From Macrostomum lignano (taxonomy: Eukaryota), in assembly GCA_002269645.1 (NCBI GenBank), contig NIVC01002871.1, positions 68,901 through 132,900 on the forward strand: a stretch of 64,000 bases of DNA, read 5' to 3'. Below are positions 35,201 through 48,200 of this stretch, piece after piece. Below the pieces are notes generated by a model, which did no database searches, was not told the origin of the DNA, and was given only the letters and a program-made list of their open reading frames with translations. Within the stretch, counting starts at the first letter, position 1, and every line of letters begins with the position of its first letter. The translations under genes and the position numbers were made by a program.

Positions 35201-36329
35201 TCTGTCTGCTTGCCTGCCTGTCTTAGCATCTGCTTGTCTGCCTGTCTTAGTATCTGTCTGTCTGATTGCGTGTCTGTCTTAGTGTCTATCTGTCTGTCTG
35301 TCTGTCTTAGTGTCTCTCTGTCTGTCTGCTTGTCTGTCTGTCTTAGTGTCTGTCTGTCTGCTTGCGTGTCTGTCTTAGTTTCTATCTGTCGGTCTACCTG
35401 CCTGGCTGCCTTTCAGTCTCTCTGTCTGTTTGCCTGTCTTAGTGTTTGTCTGTCTGTCTGATTGTCTGTTTCAACCCCAAAGCACACAGTGTGTTCAGGC
35501 CTGTTGATGAGATAGTCAGGGCCGCTCTACACCCTGTATGAGCGTTGTGCCTGCCTACGTATCTCCGTGTGCGTGAGCGTGCTCTCCTGCTCAGGGGTCA
35601 ACAGTATTATTAGCATGGCTGGCTGCTTGTCTGCTCGCTGGTTGCGGGTTGATTTTCGCCTCTCTCAGGCCCTCTGCGGAACTGTAACTAAGTAGAGTTT
35701 GCTAGATTTTGTTCTATTTCAAGTGCATCTGAACTGGCTAGATTGGTCTTATCTTTGATTAGATCACGTGACTCAAGATTTTATTACCAGTATGCCGGAA
35801 TAATGTACATTTAAACCGGGGCAATAAAATCTCGTGCTCCCAAGTGGCATTAGAACTTCACGAGCTAATTAGGCGCTGTCCTTGGCCTCTTTCTTTCAGG
35901 TGTACTTTTACTATGCCGGCCGTTGGCTCGAGCCGTGCGAGCTGGAGCAGCAGTTCCAAAGCATCTTGAACGACAAATCGGCGCCGGCCGCTGGAGAGGC
36001 CGATTTGGCCGCTCTCACCGCCGGCGAGCGCCGGGTTTGGGCCAGGGCGCGTCGCGATTTCTTCTCGCGCGGCGCCAACCGAACCAGCCTGGACGCCATC
36101 GAGCGCGCCGCTTTTGTGCTGGCGCTTGACGAGGAATCGGCCGATTACGATCCAGAAGACGATTCTCAGCTTGATAGATTTGCCAAGAGCCTGCTGCATG
36201 GCAACGGCTGCAATCGCTGGTTTGACAAGACCTTCACCCTGGTCGTGTTTGCTAACGGACGGGTTAGTCTGCGAGTTGCTGTGTATTCGATTGACAGGGA
36301 CAGGCAGACAGACAGGTAGACAGACAGGC

Positions 36330-36368
<39 letters not shown>

Positions 36369-39300
36369 GGCATACAGGCATACACTAAGACAGACATACA
36401 CTAAGACAGACAGACAGACAGGCATACACTAAGACAAGACAGACAGACAGACAGACAGACAGATGGACAAGACAGACAGACTGTAAAACAGACAGAGAGA
36501 CCGAAAGGCAGGTGGACAGTCAGAGACGGGGGTCGTATCCCAGTGGTCTAGCGCGGCGCTCTGATATCCCAGGCTCGATTCCAAGTGCAGTCACATTAAT
36601 TTGAGGATTCATTTGGAATCTCGGCTTGGCTCTGCTCGTGCAATTAACGGTCTTGAGGGCCAACCCCCAAGGCACAGTGAAGTGTACATGCCTAACGATA
36701 AATACGTTAGTGCCGCTGTACACTCCTGTGTGAGTGTGCGCCTGTGCGTATGACTGCGTACGTATCCGCGCGCTTGTGTGCCTGCTCAGGGGAGTCGGCG
36801 GAATGGGCAGTACGCTCGTAATGCCTCGCCGGTTGTGTGACCATGTCGCCTAAAGTGCGTGCACACAGCCCCTACAGCCCATAGCTCAAATTAAAAACTC
36901 CTAACAAATAGTCAGAGAAACAGCCTGACTGACTGACAGTTAATTATGTGTAGATTCATATTATAGAATGTTAGATGTTTTAATAACTACCTACTAATGC
37001 GATCTTATCTAATGCAATTATTATCATCTGAAATTTTCAGATTGGCTTCAACGCGGAGCACAGTTGGTAAGTTTTGTTTTAATGCTCTCTTTCTACTAGC
37101 ACTCTCGGGTTACTGCAGTTTGCAGAACACAACCTGCGCTGTTCCTGGCAGTCTAAAATGTAATAAAAGCGGTACATTCTTATTTTTTATCAAGGGCCGA
37201 CGCTCCTGTACTCTCTCAGCTATGGGAAGAGACTGTTATTACCAGCGACATTGTGCCCGGCGTTGGGTGAGCTATGCTCTGTTCTTGTTATGTCTATGGA
37301 TATTAATTATTTCGTCATCACCCTTCTGGCTGTCTGTCCTTGTATTTTCCCTCGTCTAGCTGTCCTTCAATCTTTATTGTCACTCGCCTGACTGTCCTTA
37401 AATCGTTATTGTCACTCGCCTGACTGTCCTTCAATCTTTATTGTCACTCGCCTGACTGTCCTTCAATCTTTATTGTCACTCGCCTGACTGTCCTTCAATC
37501 GGTATTGTCACTCGCCTGACTGTCCTTCAATCTTTATTGTCAGTCACCTGACTGTCCTTCAATCGTTATTGTCAGTCACCTGACTGTCCTTCAATCTTTA
37601 TTGTCACTCGCCTGACTGTCCTTCAATCGTTATTGTCACTAGCCTGACGGTCCTTCAATCGTTATTGTCAGTCACCTGACTGTCCTTCAATCGTTATTGT
37701 CACTAGCCTGACGGTCCTTCAATCGTTATTGTCAGTCACCTGACTGTCCTTCAATCGTTATTGTCAGTCACCTGACTGTCCTTCAATCTTTATTGTCAGT
37801 CACCTGTCCTTCAATCTTTATTGTCAGTCACCTGACTGTCCTTCAATCTTTATTGTCAGTCACCTGACTGTCCTTCAATCTTTATTGTCACTCGCCTGAC
37901 TGTCCTTCAATCTTTATTGTCACTCGCCTGACTGTCCTTCAATCGTTATTGTCACTAGCCTGACTGTCCTTCAATCGTTATTGTCAGTCACCTGACTGTC
38001 CTTCAATCGTTATTGTCACTAGCCTGACGGTCCTTCAATCGTTATTGTCAGTCACCTGACTGTCCTTCAATCGTTATTGTCACGCGCCTGACTGAGCTCC
38101 AGTAGAGGCGCAAGTCACTCGCATAGAAACGAATATCACAGACGAACAACCATAGTCGCCAACCAATTGCAGCTACAACTCGGACGGGCACTGCAAAGGC
38201 TCGCCAAAGGGCACGGTGCCAAATCCGATCCGATTGCAATGGGATCTCAGCGCCTCCTGTCGCGACGTGATCTCGAGCCAGCTGCGCGTTGCCACTAACT
38301 TATTAAATGACGTCGACCTGCACCTGGTGGTGCACACGCAGTTTGGCAAGGGCGCCATGAAGACCTGTCGAATGAGTCCGGACGCATTTGTCCAGCTGGC
38401 CCTGCAGCTCGCCTACTTCCGCGACAGCGGCGGCCAGTTCTGCTTGACCTACGAGGCCTCCATGACCCGGCTGTTCAGGGAGGGCCGCACCGAGACTGTG
38501 CGCTCGTGCACCAATCAGTCGTGCGAGTTCGTGCGCGCTATGGAGTCAGGAAATGCCAGCGTGAGTCGGCCTTCCTTTCTGAATGATTGCTAGGTAATGG
38601 GTGTGCGGCACGTAGGCAGCTGCTCACTGATAAGGAGCAATGGCCATTGGGTGCAGCGGCTCACTGATAAGGAGCAATGGCCATTGGGTGCAGCTGCTCA
38701 CTGATAAGGAGCAATGGCCATTGGGTGCAGCTGCTCACTGATAAGGAGCAATGGCCATTGGGTGCAGCGGCTCACTGATAAGGAGCAATGGCCATTGGGT
38801 GCAGCTGCTCACTGATAAGGAGCAATGGCCATTGGGTGCAGCTGCTCACTGATAAGGAGCAATGGCCATTGGGTGCAGCGGCTCACTGATAAGGAGCAAT
38901 GGCCATTGGGTACAGGGACCATTAGGTGCAGCCACCATTAGGTGCAGGAACCGGTGGTGAAATGCAAATTCTTATCCAGCCTGGCAATAATTATACACTC
39001 GGAATACAACAGTTGCACTCCTCTCCACCTTGTCCGTCCCCTCCCGGCAGAAGGCGGACCTGATTCGGCTGGTCCGGGCCGCGGCCGACAAGCACCAGAC
39101 CATGTACCGGGACGCAATGACCGGCAAAGGCGTCGATCGGCATCTCTTCACTCTGTACGTTGTTTCAAAGTACTGCAAGATCCAGTCGCCATTCCTAGAG
39201 AAGGCGCTGCACTGCCAGTGGAAACTGTCCACTTCGCAGACTCCGCACGGTCAGACTGGGAAACTGGATCTGAGGAATAGTCCCGACTCTATTAGCGCTG

Positions 39301-40092
39301 GCGGCGGCTTTGGCCCCGTCTCCGAGGACGGCTACGGCGTCTCCTACATTATCGCCGGAGAGGACACCATCTTCTTTCACATCAGCAGCCGCGTGAGCTG
39401 CGACCTGACTGTGAGTTGCTCCTGCATTCTGATAGCTAGATTAGCTTGGAGTAGGTTAATTAGTAGATACATTAGCTTGGAGTAGGTTAATTTGTAGATA
39501 GATTAGCTTGGAGTAGGTTAATTAGTAGATACATTAGCTTGGAGTAGGTTAATTTGTAGATAGATTGGCTTGGAGTAGGTTAATTAGTAGATACATTAGC
39601 TTGTGTAGGTTAATTAGTAGATACATTAGCTTGGAGTAGGTTAATTAGTAGATACATTAGCTTGGAGTAGGTTAATTAGTAGATATTATTAGCTTGGAGT
39701 AGGTTAATTAGTAGATATTATTAGCTTGAAGTAGGTTAATTTGTAGACGGATTAGCTTGGAGTAGGTTAATTAGTAGATACATTAGCTTGGAGTAGGTTA
39801 ATTAGTAGATACATTAGCTTGGAGTAGGTTAATTAGTAGATACATTAGCTTGGAGTAGGTTAATTTGTAGATACATTAGCTTGGAGTAGGTTAATTTGTA
39901 GATACATTAGCTTGGAGTAGGTTAATTGGTAGATACATTAGCTTGGCGTAGGTTAATTAGTAGATAGATTAGCCTAAATTAGGTAGTCCCCCCACTGCCA
40001 TCTCCATGGCAACCATTGTTAAACTGCAGAACTCTCGCCGGTTCGGTGACCAGATCTGCCGGGCCCTGCAGGATCTGAAGAATCTCTTCTAG
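32020..40092 (+). CDS. CPT1: Carnitine O-palmitoyltransferase 1 (mitochondrial outer membrane), 9 coding exons, 769 aa
   Basis: Exons 32020-32297, 33395-33872, 34650-34931, 35900-36262, 37041-37066, 37195-37266, 38173-38560, 39051-39410, 40030-40092, total 2310 nt and in frame. Motifs: [61 protein letters not shown] (catalytic His), [68 protein letters not shown]. Confidence 0.96.
32405..33355. repeat. 32-bp minisatellite (CPT1 intron 1)
   Basis: CACTCTCCAGTCGCATCCTCATTCTAGAGAGT with recurring variant blocks. Confidence 0.96.
33395..33872 (+). CDS. CPT1: CPT1 exon 2
   Basis: Second TM segment, YHGWMYE, LPRLPVP, DWWEE; ATG|GTGAGC donor. Confidence 0.93.
34650..34931 (+). CDS. CPT1: CPT1 exon 3
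   Basis: VNSNYYGID...[18 protein letters not shown]...YHAGRYFK. Confidence 0.93.
35120..35470. repeat. (CTGT)n-type microsatellite; inverse (ACAG)n tracts at 36295-36520 and 42310-42480
   Basis: CTGTCTGTCTTAGTGT / GACAGACAGAC runs. Confidence 0.9.
35475..35660 (+). mobile_element. SINE family B, diverged partial copy
   Basis: GTCAGGGCCGCTCTACACCCTGT...CTGCTCAGGGG. Confidence 0.55.
35900..36262 (+). CDS. CPT1: CPT1 exon 4
   Basis: [13 protein letters not shown]...[15 protein letters not shown]. Confidence 0.93.
36528..36897 (+). mobile_element. tRNA-derived SINE family B copy
   Basis: Reverse complement aligns along its length to 4520-4878 (GGCTCGATTCCAAGTGCAGTCACATTAATTTG... AGTGTACATGCCTAACG...). 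Confidence 0.85.
37041..37066 (+). CDS. CPT1: CPT1 exon 5, 26-nt microexon IGFNAEHS(W)
   Basis: ttttcag|ATT...TG|GTAAGT; carries the catalytic His. Confidence 0.92.
37195..37266 (+). CDS. CPT1: CPT1 exon 6 ([24 protein letters not shown])
   Basis: tcaag|G acceptor, GG|GTGAGC donor. Confidence 0.9.
37355..38095. repeat. 32-bp minisatellite (CPT1 intron 6)
   Basis: CTGACTGTCCTTCAATCGTTATTGTCAGTCAC. Confidence 0.96.
38173..38560 (+). CDS. CPT1: CPT1 exon 7
   Basis: YNSDGHCKG...RLQWD...[13 protein letters not shown]...[11 protein letters not shown]. Confidence 0.94.
38618..38915. repeat. 37-bp minisatellite (CPT1 intron 7)
   Basis: GCTCACTGATAAGGAGCAATGGCCATTGGGTGCAGCT, ~8 copies. Confidence 0.96.
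39051..39410 (+). CDS. CPT1: CPT1 exon 8
   Basis: [20 protein letters not shown]...GGGFGPV..DGYGVSY. Confidence 0.94.
39435..39980. repeat. 31-bp minisatellite (CPT1 intron 8)
   Basis: ATTAGCTTGGAGTAGGTTAATTAGTAGATAC, ~17 copies. Confidence 0.96.
40030..40092 (+). CDS. CPT1: CPT1 terminal exon ([20 protein letters not shown])
   Basis: ctgcag|AAC acceptor; TAG at 40090-40092. Confidence 0.9.
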   Translation, partial: NSRRFGDQICRALQDLKNLF

Positions 40093-41707
40093 TGAGCCTG
40101 GCTGGATGAGTGATTTTCGATTTAATACTGTTTAAGAAGGCAGACAAGATAATAACCAAAATATGTTTTCATGTGTTGCTGACCTGATCAACCGGTATGT
40201 CAGGCTCATGTTTAAAATCGTTTTTTGTCAGTTTTAACCTGTTGCTTTTTCCTTGAAAAAATTTGTTCGCTAAACATTTTATTCTGTTTTCTTAATCTTA
40301 GCTAGCTTTTATATATGCTAATAATTAGTAGTAGTCAGTCAGCAAGTTGTGCCTAACGGCCATATTAAACTGCTGCTTGCCCCCTGCTGAGAATTCGTTA
40401 ATGACTAATAGAATCTGGATCTTTGTATCGCACAGCTTGAAATTTTATTTATTGGTGTAATCTCTTAAATTTTCTACTAAAAATAAGTTTCTCTTCATAC
40501 TTTACTTAGGTTAGAAATGTTGCTAAAAGTAGTATGTTGCAAATTTTCCGGTTTCACTAGAAATTTACTCAGCTTCAGCTGCCAGAAAAGTGGCATACTG
40601 TGTGTGTATTTTGAATTTCTATACAGCATCGTCTAGCACTGCATCATTGCCGTAGCTTTTTTGCTCAGTTTTTGTGTATTGTATTAATTAGTATATTGGA
40701 CTAGCGGCTGCACCCCTCCACAGGGTGGAGGAAAAACTTTACATCATTGGTTATTGAACAATAAAAACAAAGCAGTGGCAGATCCACCAATTCATTTCGC
40801 CAACTGACCCGGATCCATCTTCCTCCTCCAGCCTCCATCCTCCATCCTCCATCCTCCATCATCTCCATCCTCATCCTCCATTCTCCTCCATCCTCCATTC
40901 TCCTTTCTCCTCCATCCTCCATCATCCTACATCCTCCATCCTCCTCCATTCTCCATTCTCCTTCCTCCATCCTCAATCATCCTCCATCATCCTCCATCCT
41001 CCCCGTCATTCTCTATTATCCTCCACCCTCTTCCATCCTCCTCCCTTCTCCAGAAACCAATGGCAGATACAGGAAATTCGCCACTGCTTTCTTTGTGAGC
41101 CACCTCATTGTTGTTGCACAGCAGCTTGTGAAATCACTAATTTTGTTAGAACTATCGTGTTTTGTGTTTTAATATTGTTCGTTAATTTCAAGTTTAATTA
41201 TTATTTTCAACTGTGTACTTACTGCGAAGGCTGTATTCTCACTCTGAGCAACATAAACTAGAAATATATTTAAAAAATCAGACATCTGACAGAATCGCTA
41301 GAAACGCGTCATTAATTTTTTTTGCTTGGAAAAATATCCCTTTTCGTTGGATAATAATCATGTTTTATTTATTTATCGCTACTACTAGTAGCTAATAAGC
41401 AAACAAAGTATTCATGTGTTCGGCGACAATGCTGATTAGAGCAGTAGCTAAGCTAAAAGCTAACTGCTTTGCTCATGCTTAGCATTCTAATACTTATTTC
41501 TTCTGCACGTGGCTCTTCAGCCCCTGCCTTCACCTCTTAGCTCCGCTGCTCCACTAGCCAGCTCTGTCAACACACTTTGACCCACTGCGGTTTGTGTGCG
41601 CTGACTCTCCTCCCCTCTGCCATTTCTCTTGATTAAATTCTTGCAGCGAGCGACTCTTCAGCTCTCAACTCAGTTGCACAGAGTTCCCTCTATTGAATAG
41701 TCATGAA

Positions 41708-42278
41708 ATGCCCTTTAAACAGCAACCGACCGCTGGCATCGTGGCTTTGACGTCTCGGCCACGATTCACTCTTCTCCTGACGTTGCTGCTCAGCTTGAGC
41801 AGTCAAGCAAATCCAGCCAGAGGCGTCAGCGCCGGCAGAAAGTGGCGCCGACTGCCGCGCGCCGGACTGATTGAATGCGGTCATGAGTTCAACGACCTGC
41901 AGTCCAAGTGGCTGCTGGCTCCGCTGATTGTACGCGCTAGCTGGACGCCGCCGCCGCGACAACACGGGTATCGTCGGCATGACCAGCCGCTGCTCAACCT
42001 GACGGTGACTGTTCACTCCGTGCTCAAGGCTGACTCGCCGCGCCTGCAGGCTCACATTGACGGGATCAGAGAGACTCTAGTTGGCGAGTTCAGCCACCAA
42101 TTTCGGCGCCGGCTGCAAAGGCTGTCCTGCACTCCGTCTGCTGACCGAACTGGTGCATACTCAGCCAAAGGCTATATCCTGTTTCTGAAGCCGACTGGTC
42201 TGAGCAACTACTTCCGGCATGCCTTCCTGCCGGCCAGGTTCACTCAGCACAATCTGGTCAAGATGCAGCTGGTGCAGA
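41708..42278 (+). CDS. NRG-like exon 1 (signal peptide and N-terminal domain)
   Basis: [16 protein letters not shown] hydrophobic leader; A|GTGAGC donor. Confidence 0.8.
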
Positions 42279-45200
42279 GTGAGCGACTTGCGCTGAACTG
42301 AGGCTGAGATGGACAGACAGACAGACGGACAAAAAAACGGACAGATGGACAGGATGAGATCGACAGGCAAATAGACTAAGAACGACAGACAGACAGACAA
42401 GTTACGAGCGTAAGGTGACCAGACAGACAGGAAGGCTAAGATAGACAGACAGACAGACAGACAGGCTAAGATTGCGAGCCGGACGAGAGAAAAGACCCAG
42501 CTAATCAAAGCTCTGCAGTCAGTGGTGATTATTTAGTATTACCCCTCCCCTGCCACTGCGTCAGTAAAATGATGAGCCGGTAGGTGCAGGCGGCAATGCC
42601 TAATTTGCGCAAGAAATGAGATAAAAAATGCCAAAAATAATTTTATTTTTTATTGACGGAGCTTACATTATGAGCTAAAAACAGCATTTCAAAAGTACAA
42701 GATGTACTTTATTGCAATCAAAGTACTACGTCTTGGAGACCCCACAACTTGCTACAAGCTACTGAAAGTTCCCGTACACTTTTAAAAAAGTGCATCTGTA
42801 CCCGAAATAAAAGTGCACATGAACTTGTGAGCAAAAAGTACTACTAATCTTCATGCAAACGCTTCTCCAACCCAGCGAGCCCGCCAGCGTTGACTGGCCG
42901 CATTCGATATCGATGGAAGCGTCGGGGGCCGCGACGGCCCCGGCGGAGAAATCGACGCGGACGTCGACTCCCACAGAAGCCGTCGAGCCTGCGCCTGTCC
43001 TGCAGCGCCGAGGGCAGCCCGCCGCCTCGAGCTCGCTGGCTCAAAGACGGACGAGATGTCGTCGACGCGACGAACTCGGCAGGCGGCAGACGGGACATCC
43101 GGGTGGTGGCCAGGATCAAGAAAAGGTACCGCTTTCGGTTTTGCTTTGTATGCTTTCTCTTCTACATCCTCCGCTGCTCCTCCTTCCGCTCCTACCATCA
43201 TCCTCCTCCATCCTCCATCCTCCATCCTCCATCCTCCACCATCCTCCTCTCTCCACCATTCTCCTCTCTCCTCCATCCTCCTCCATCCTCCACCATCCTC
43301 CTCTCTCCACCATTCTCCTCTCTCCTCCATCCTCCTCCATCCTCCACCATCCTCCTCTCTCCACCATTCTCCTCTCTTCTCCATCCTCCACCACCCTCCT
43401 CTCTCCACCATTCTCCTCTCTCCTCCATCCTCCTCCATCCTCCACCATCCTCCTCTCTCCACCATTCTCCTCTCTTCTCCATCCTCCACCACCCTCCTCT
43501 CTCCACCATCCTCCTCTCTCCTCCATCCTCCTCCATCCTCCACCATCCTCCTCTCTCCACCATTCTCCTCTCTCCTCCATCCTCCTCCATCCTCCACCAT
43601 CCTCCTCTCTCCACCATTCTCCTCTCTTCTCCATCCTCCACCACCCTCCTCTCTCCACCATTCTCCTCTCTCCTCCATCCTCCTCCATCCTCCACCATCC
43701 TCCTCTCTCCACCATTCTCCTCTCTTCTCCATCCTCCACCACCCTCCTCTCTCCACCATCCTCCTCTCTCCTCCATCCTCCTCCATCCTCCACCCTCCTC
43801 CATCATCCTACATCCTCCATCCTCCTCCATCCCCCGCAGAGGCCAGCTGGTGACCACCCGGTTGGTCCTGAAGCGGCCGACACAGTCAGCTGTGGGCAAC
43901 TTCAGCTGCCAGTTCTACAATCTTTATGGCAATGCCAGCGCTTCTATTGCTGTCAGAGGTGAGTCTATTTACTAAGTGCATATTTACCTTTTGTAAACAG
44001 AAATATTCTTGTTAAATTAAACCTACTACTACTACTACTACTACTGCCGAGTAGCAGTAGTGTAGTGTGTACTTTCTCTAAACCGTATAGTAGAATTTCT
44101 ACCAGCCAATCAGCGCAAAGCCTTCAGTAAGATTGATTGCATTGAATTCGATAAGCTGTGGCGGCTGATTCTTGATTTATTATCAAGTGTGTGCGAGGGA
44201 GGGGAATCATCTCATTCTGTTCATCGAATTTCTGCCTGCCGGACTGCAACAACTACTAGCTGAAGACAAAATGCCAGCGGACTCAGGAAGCAGCGGATTT
44301 CTTGCCGCCCCGAACAGCGCCAGGGCCAGGCAAGGTTGGTCAAATCCGGGGCGACCTCTGTTGCAAACTATTTATATAGAATTTTTTGTTTTGTCTCAAA
44401 AACTTTGTTCGGTTTCAAGGCTTCAAGGTCATGACCTCATTGTCATTAGATCCCATGTCATGACCTCATTGTCATTAGATCCCATGTCATGACCTCATTG
44501 TAGTTAGATCCAAAGTCATGACCTCCTTTTGGCTAGATTCGAGGACATGACCTCCTTTTGGTTAGATTCGAGGAAATGATTGCGGTTAGATTCGAGGACA
44601 TGACCTCATTGCGGTTAGATTCGAGGACATGACCTCATTGCGGTTAGATTTGAGGACATGACCTCATTGCGGTTAGATTTGAGGACATGACCTCATTGCA
44701 GTTAGATTCGAGGACATGACCTCATTGCGGTTAGATTCGAGGACATGACCTCATTGCGGTTAGATTCGAGGACATGACCTCATTGCGGTTAGATTCGAGG
44801 ACATGACCTCATTGCGGTTAGATTTGAGGACATGACCTCATTGCGGTTAGATTCGAGGACATGACCTCATTGCGGTTAGATTCGAGGACATGACCTCATT
44901 GCGGTTAGATTCGAGGACATGACCTCATTGCAGTTAGATTCGAGGACATGACCTCATTGCGGTTAGATTCGAGGACATGACCTCATTGCGGTTAGATTCG
45001 AGGACATGACCTCATTGCGGTTAGATTCGAGGACATGACCTCATTGCGGTTAGATTCGAGGACATGACCTCATTGCAGTTAGATTCGAGGACATGACCTC
45101 ATTGCGGTTAGATTCGAGGACATGACCTCATTGCGGTTAGATTCGAGGACATGACCTCATTGCGGTTAGATTCGAGGACATGACCTCATTGCGGTTAGAT

Positions 45201-48200
45201 TCGAGGACATGACCTCATTGCGGTTAGATTCGAGGACATGACCTCATTAGCACAACCTGTGGGTATCCTGCACTCGCACTTCCGCAATCAATGCTTCAAC
45301 GCAGGCGAATCTCTAGCATTATGCCATCTTTGACTGAACAGCCAGTCCTAGCAAGAGAAGTATTGCAGGGTTTTGGCGAGACTAGACCCCTCCATACACA
45401 GGCACACACACACTAGTTAGTAGTAAATATTTTAAAGCTCGTGTTCTCAAAACTCCCACGCTTATTTGCTCAAGCGCTGCAATTGATGACTGCGGGGGTT
45501 GGCTGGACTCAAGCTGCGGTTTCTAGCTCGTATACCTCTCGCTGTCATTCACTAGCAATGGAATCTCATTCTCAGGTTGTGCCGCTGGGGGGGGGGGGGG
45601 TTGGTTGAGGCGAGCCTGGGGAAGTGTGTGTACTCGAGTGTCTCATTGTCACAGAGTCCCTCTGTCTGCGGCAGCGAGGCTGCACAGACGCAGGGAGACA
45701 GAGAGAGAGAGAGGAGATAGAGAAGGCTGGTCAGTGAAATGCGGTAGAAGATGCCACTAATGCAACAGCTGGTTGAAGACTATATAATTTTGAAAGAAAA
45801 AAACGCAAAAGAGCAGATCTTCTTTTGGGCAGTGCTCGAATATTTCAGATTTATTAAATGAACCCATAGCTTTGGCTGAAGATTTAGCTTAAGCCGCAAT
45901 CCCTATTTATGCTGATAAAAATTGCATTACAGTTTCCGACATTTTCGCCGATATGGGGCAGTCGCAGTCAACTACTCGTACAAGTGAGTGACTTCTCTGT
46001 ACTGTTGCAACAAAGGTTTAGTTAGGCATTGACAGCCTTTCGTTTGGAGTATCTAGCTCGTACTTGGAAGGGAATGGACACTGCTGTCTATGGCATTCAA
46101 GAGATTAGCACCTCATTCTTTTCTTTCCTCCATGGCCTGGCCGCAGCGCAAAAACCCCGGGGTTAAGACCATAGACAGCAGCAACAGCAACTATGTCTGT
46201 GGCCTAAACCCTTGGGCTTTTGGGGCCTCGGAGACGGCCGATAAATGCATTAGTGAATGCTGGTGTGCCACATCAATATAGAATTTCTTAGAAAAATAGT
46301 TTGACTACTAGCAATCTTCGCCCCCCGTTGGGGGACATCTGTATAGAATCTCTGTTCTCTACAAGTAACAGAAAGATAGCCAAATAAAGCTTTCACAAAG
46401 AAAACAGACAAACTACTCAAATGAAGTGAAATGCAAAAAGAAATCATCCCAAGACAGCAAGCATGCCCCAGATAGCAAGCATCCCCAGATGGCAAGCACC
46501 CTCAGATAGCAAGCATCCCCAGATAGCAAGCATCCCCAGATAGCAAGCATCCCCCAGATAGCAAGCATCCCCCAGATAGCAAGCATGCCCCAGATAGCAA
46601 GCATCCTCAGATAGCAAGCATCCCCCAGATAGCAAGCATCCCCAGATAGCAAGCATCCCCAGATAGCAAGCATCCCCCAGATAGCAAGCATCCCCAGATA
46701 GCAAGCATCCCCCAGATAGCAAGCATCCCCCAGATAGCAAGCATCCCCCAGATAGCAAGCATGCCCCAGATAGCAAGCATCCCCAGATAGCAAGCATCCC
46801 CCAGATAGCAAGCATCCCCCAGATAGCAAGCATCCCCCAGATAGCAAGCATCCCCCAGATAGCAAGCATCCCCCAGATAGCAAGCATCCCCCAGATAGCA
46901 AGCATGCCCCAGATAGCAAGCATCCCCAGATAGCAAGCATCCCCCAGATAGCAAGCATCCCCCAGATAGCAAGCATCCCCCAGATAGCAAGCATCCCCCA
47001 GATAGCAAGCATCCCCCAGATAGCAAGCATCCCCAGATAGCAAGCATCCCCCAGATAGCAAGCATCCCCCAGATAGCAAGCATCCCCCAGATAGCAAGCA
47101 TCCCCCAGATAGCAAGCATCCCCCAGATAGCAAGCATCCCCAGATAGCAAGCATCCCCCAGATAGCAAGCATCCCCAGATAGCAAGCATCCCCAGATAGC
47201 AAGCATCCCCAGATAGCAAGCATCCCCCAGATAGCAAGCAAGTCACTCAGCAACATATTTAAGTTTCCACCCCGAAACCAGTGATCAACTTTTCTCAGAT
47301 CCCAGTCCCGAGTGACGCAATCCTCGTGTCTCAACCGTGAATGGCTTAAGCTGGTGAGGAGAGAGTGGAGAGTTTTGGCTAGAGTTGAATTAAAACTGCC
47401 ACTTGCTGACCAGTGGTTTGAGGGTGGAAACTTTGACATGTTGCTGAGTGTAATAATGACAATAATAACTGATTACACCTACCCTAATGGCCAGATGTGC
47501 AACCGACAGCCCCAGCTATTGCGCGGCGCATCTGAAGACTGCGTACGGCTGTTCAGTCCAAGGACTGGGGGGTCGCCACACATACCTTCAATTACCCCAG
47601 CTAATGCTGGCACCCATTTTACAACTGGGTGAACTGAAGCAATGCAGAGTGAAGTGCTTTGCTCAAGGACACAAATTGTCCCGAGTGGGTCGAGAATCGA
47701 ACCCCCGACCTTTCAGTCGTGAGTCCGACGCTCTAACCACTAGGCTCCAGCCCCCTTGACACTGTTAAGTGTACAGGCTCGATAGTTAATAACTATTGAC
47801 TCAAGAGTTAGGCTGACAAATTTGATTTCTACCGATATGTAGCGTTGATAACTTTGTTAGCTCTATGAGTTAAGCTGGAAGAGTTGATTTCGACCGATAC
47901 ACTCGTACACAATACAGCGTAGACAGTTTCGATCGAGAAACAATACACTGAACAGATGGTGGCAACAATTGTTAGTTGAGATCAATAGCATTTTGCCGTC
48001 AATTGTTTGCTAATCTTAACTGACGATTTTATTGTAACATCGGTCCTCGAAACCTTAACCCTCGCGTTGTTTGCTTTCACCGTTCAGTGGCCACAACGCC
48101 CCCGCCGACTCGCTACCTGTGCGATTCGAGCTCGATGACCCGCTGCCTGCACGGCGGCACCTGCTATTATGACCAACTGAACAGCCGGCCCTACTGCATG

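Noticed and set aside
47680-47755. tRNA gene (Val-CAC-like; also Gln-like heads at 4800-4875 and 36528-36590)
   Set aside because: The acceptor and anticodon stems do not close properly, and each head continues into a shared SINE body.
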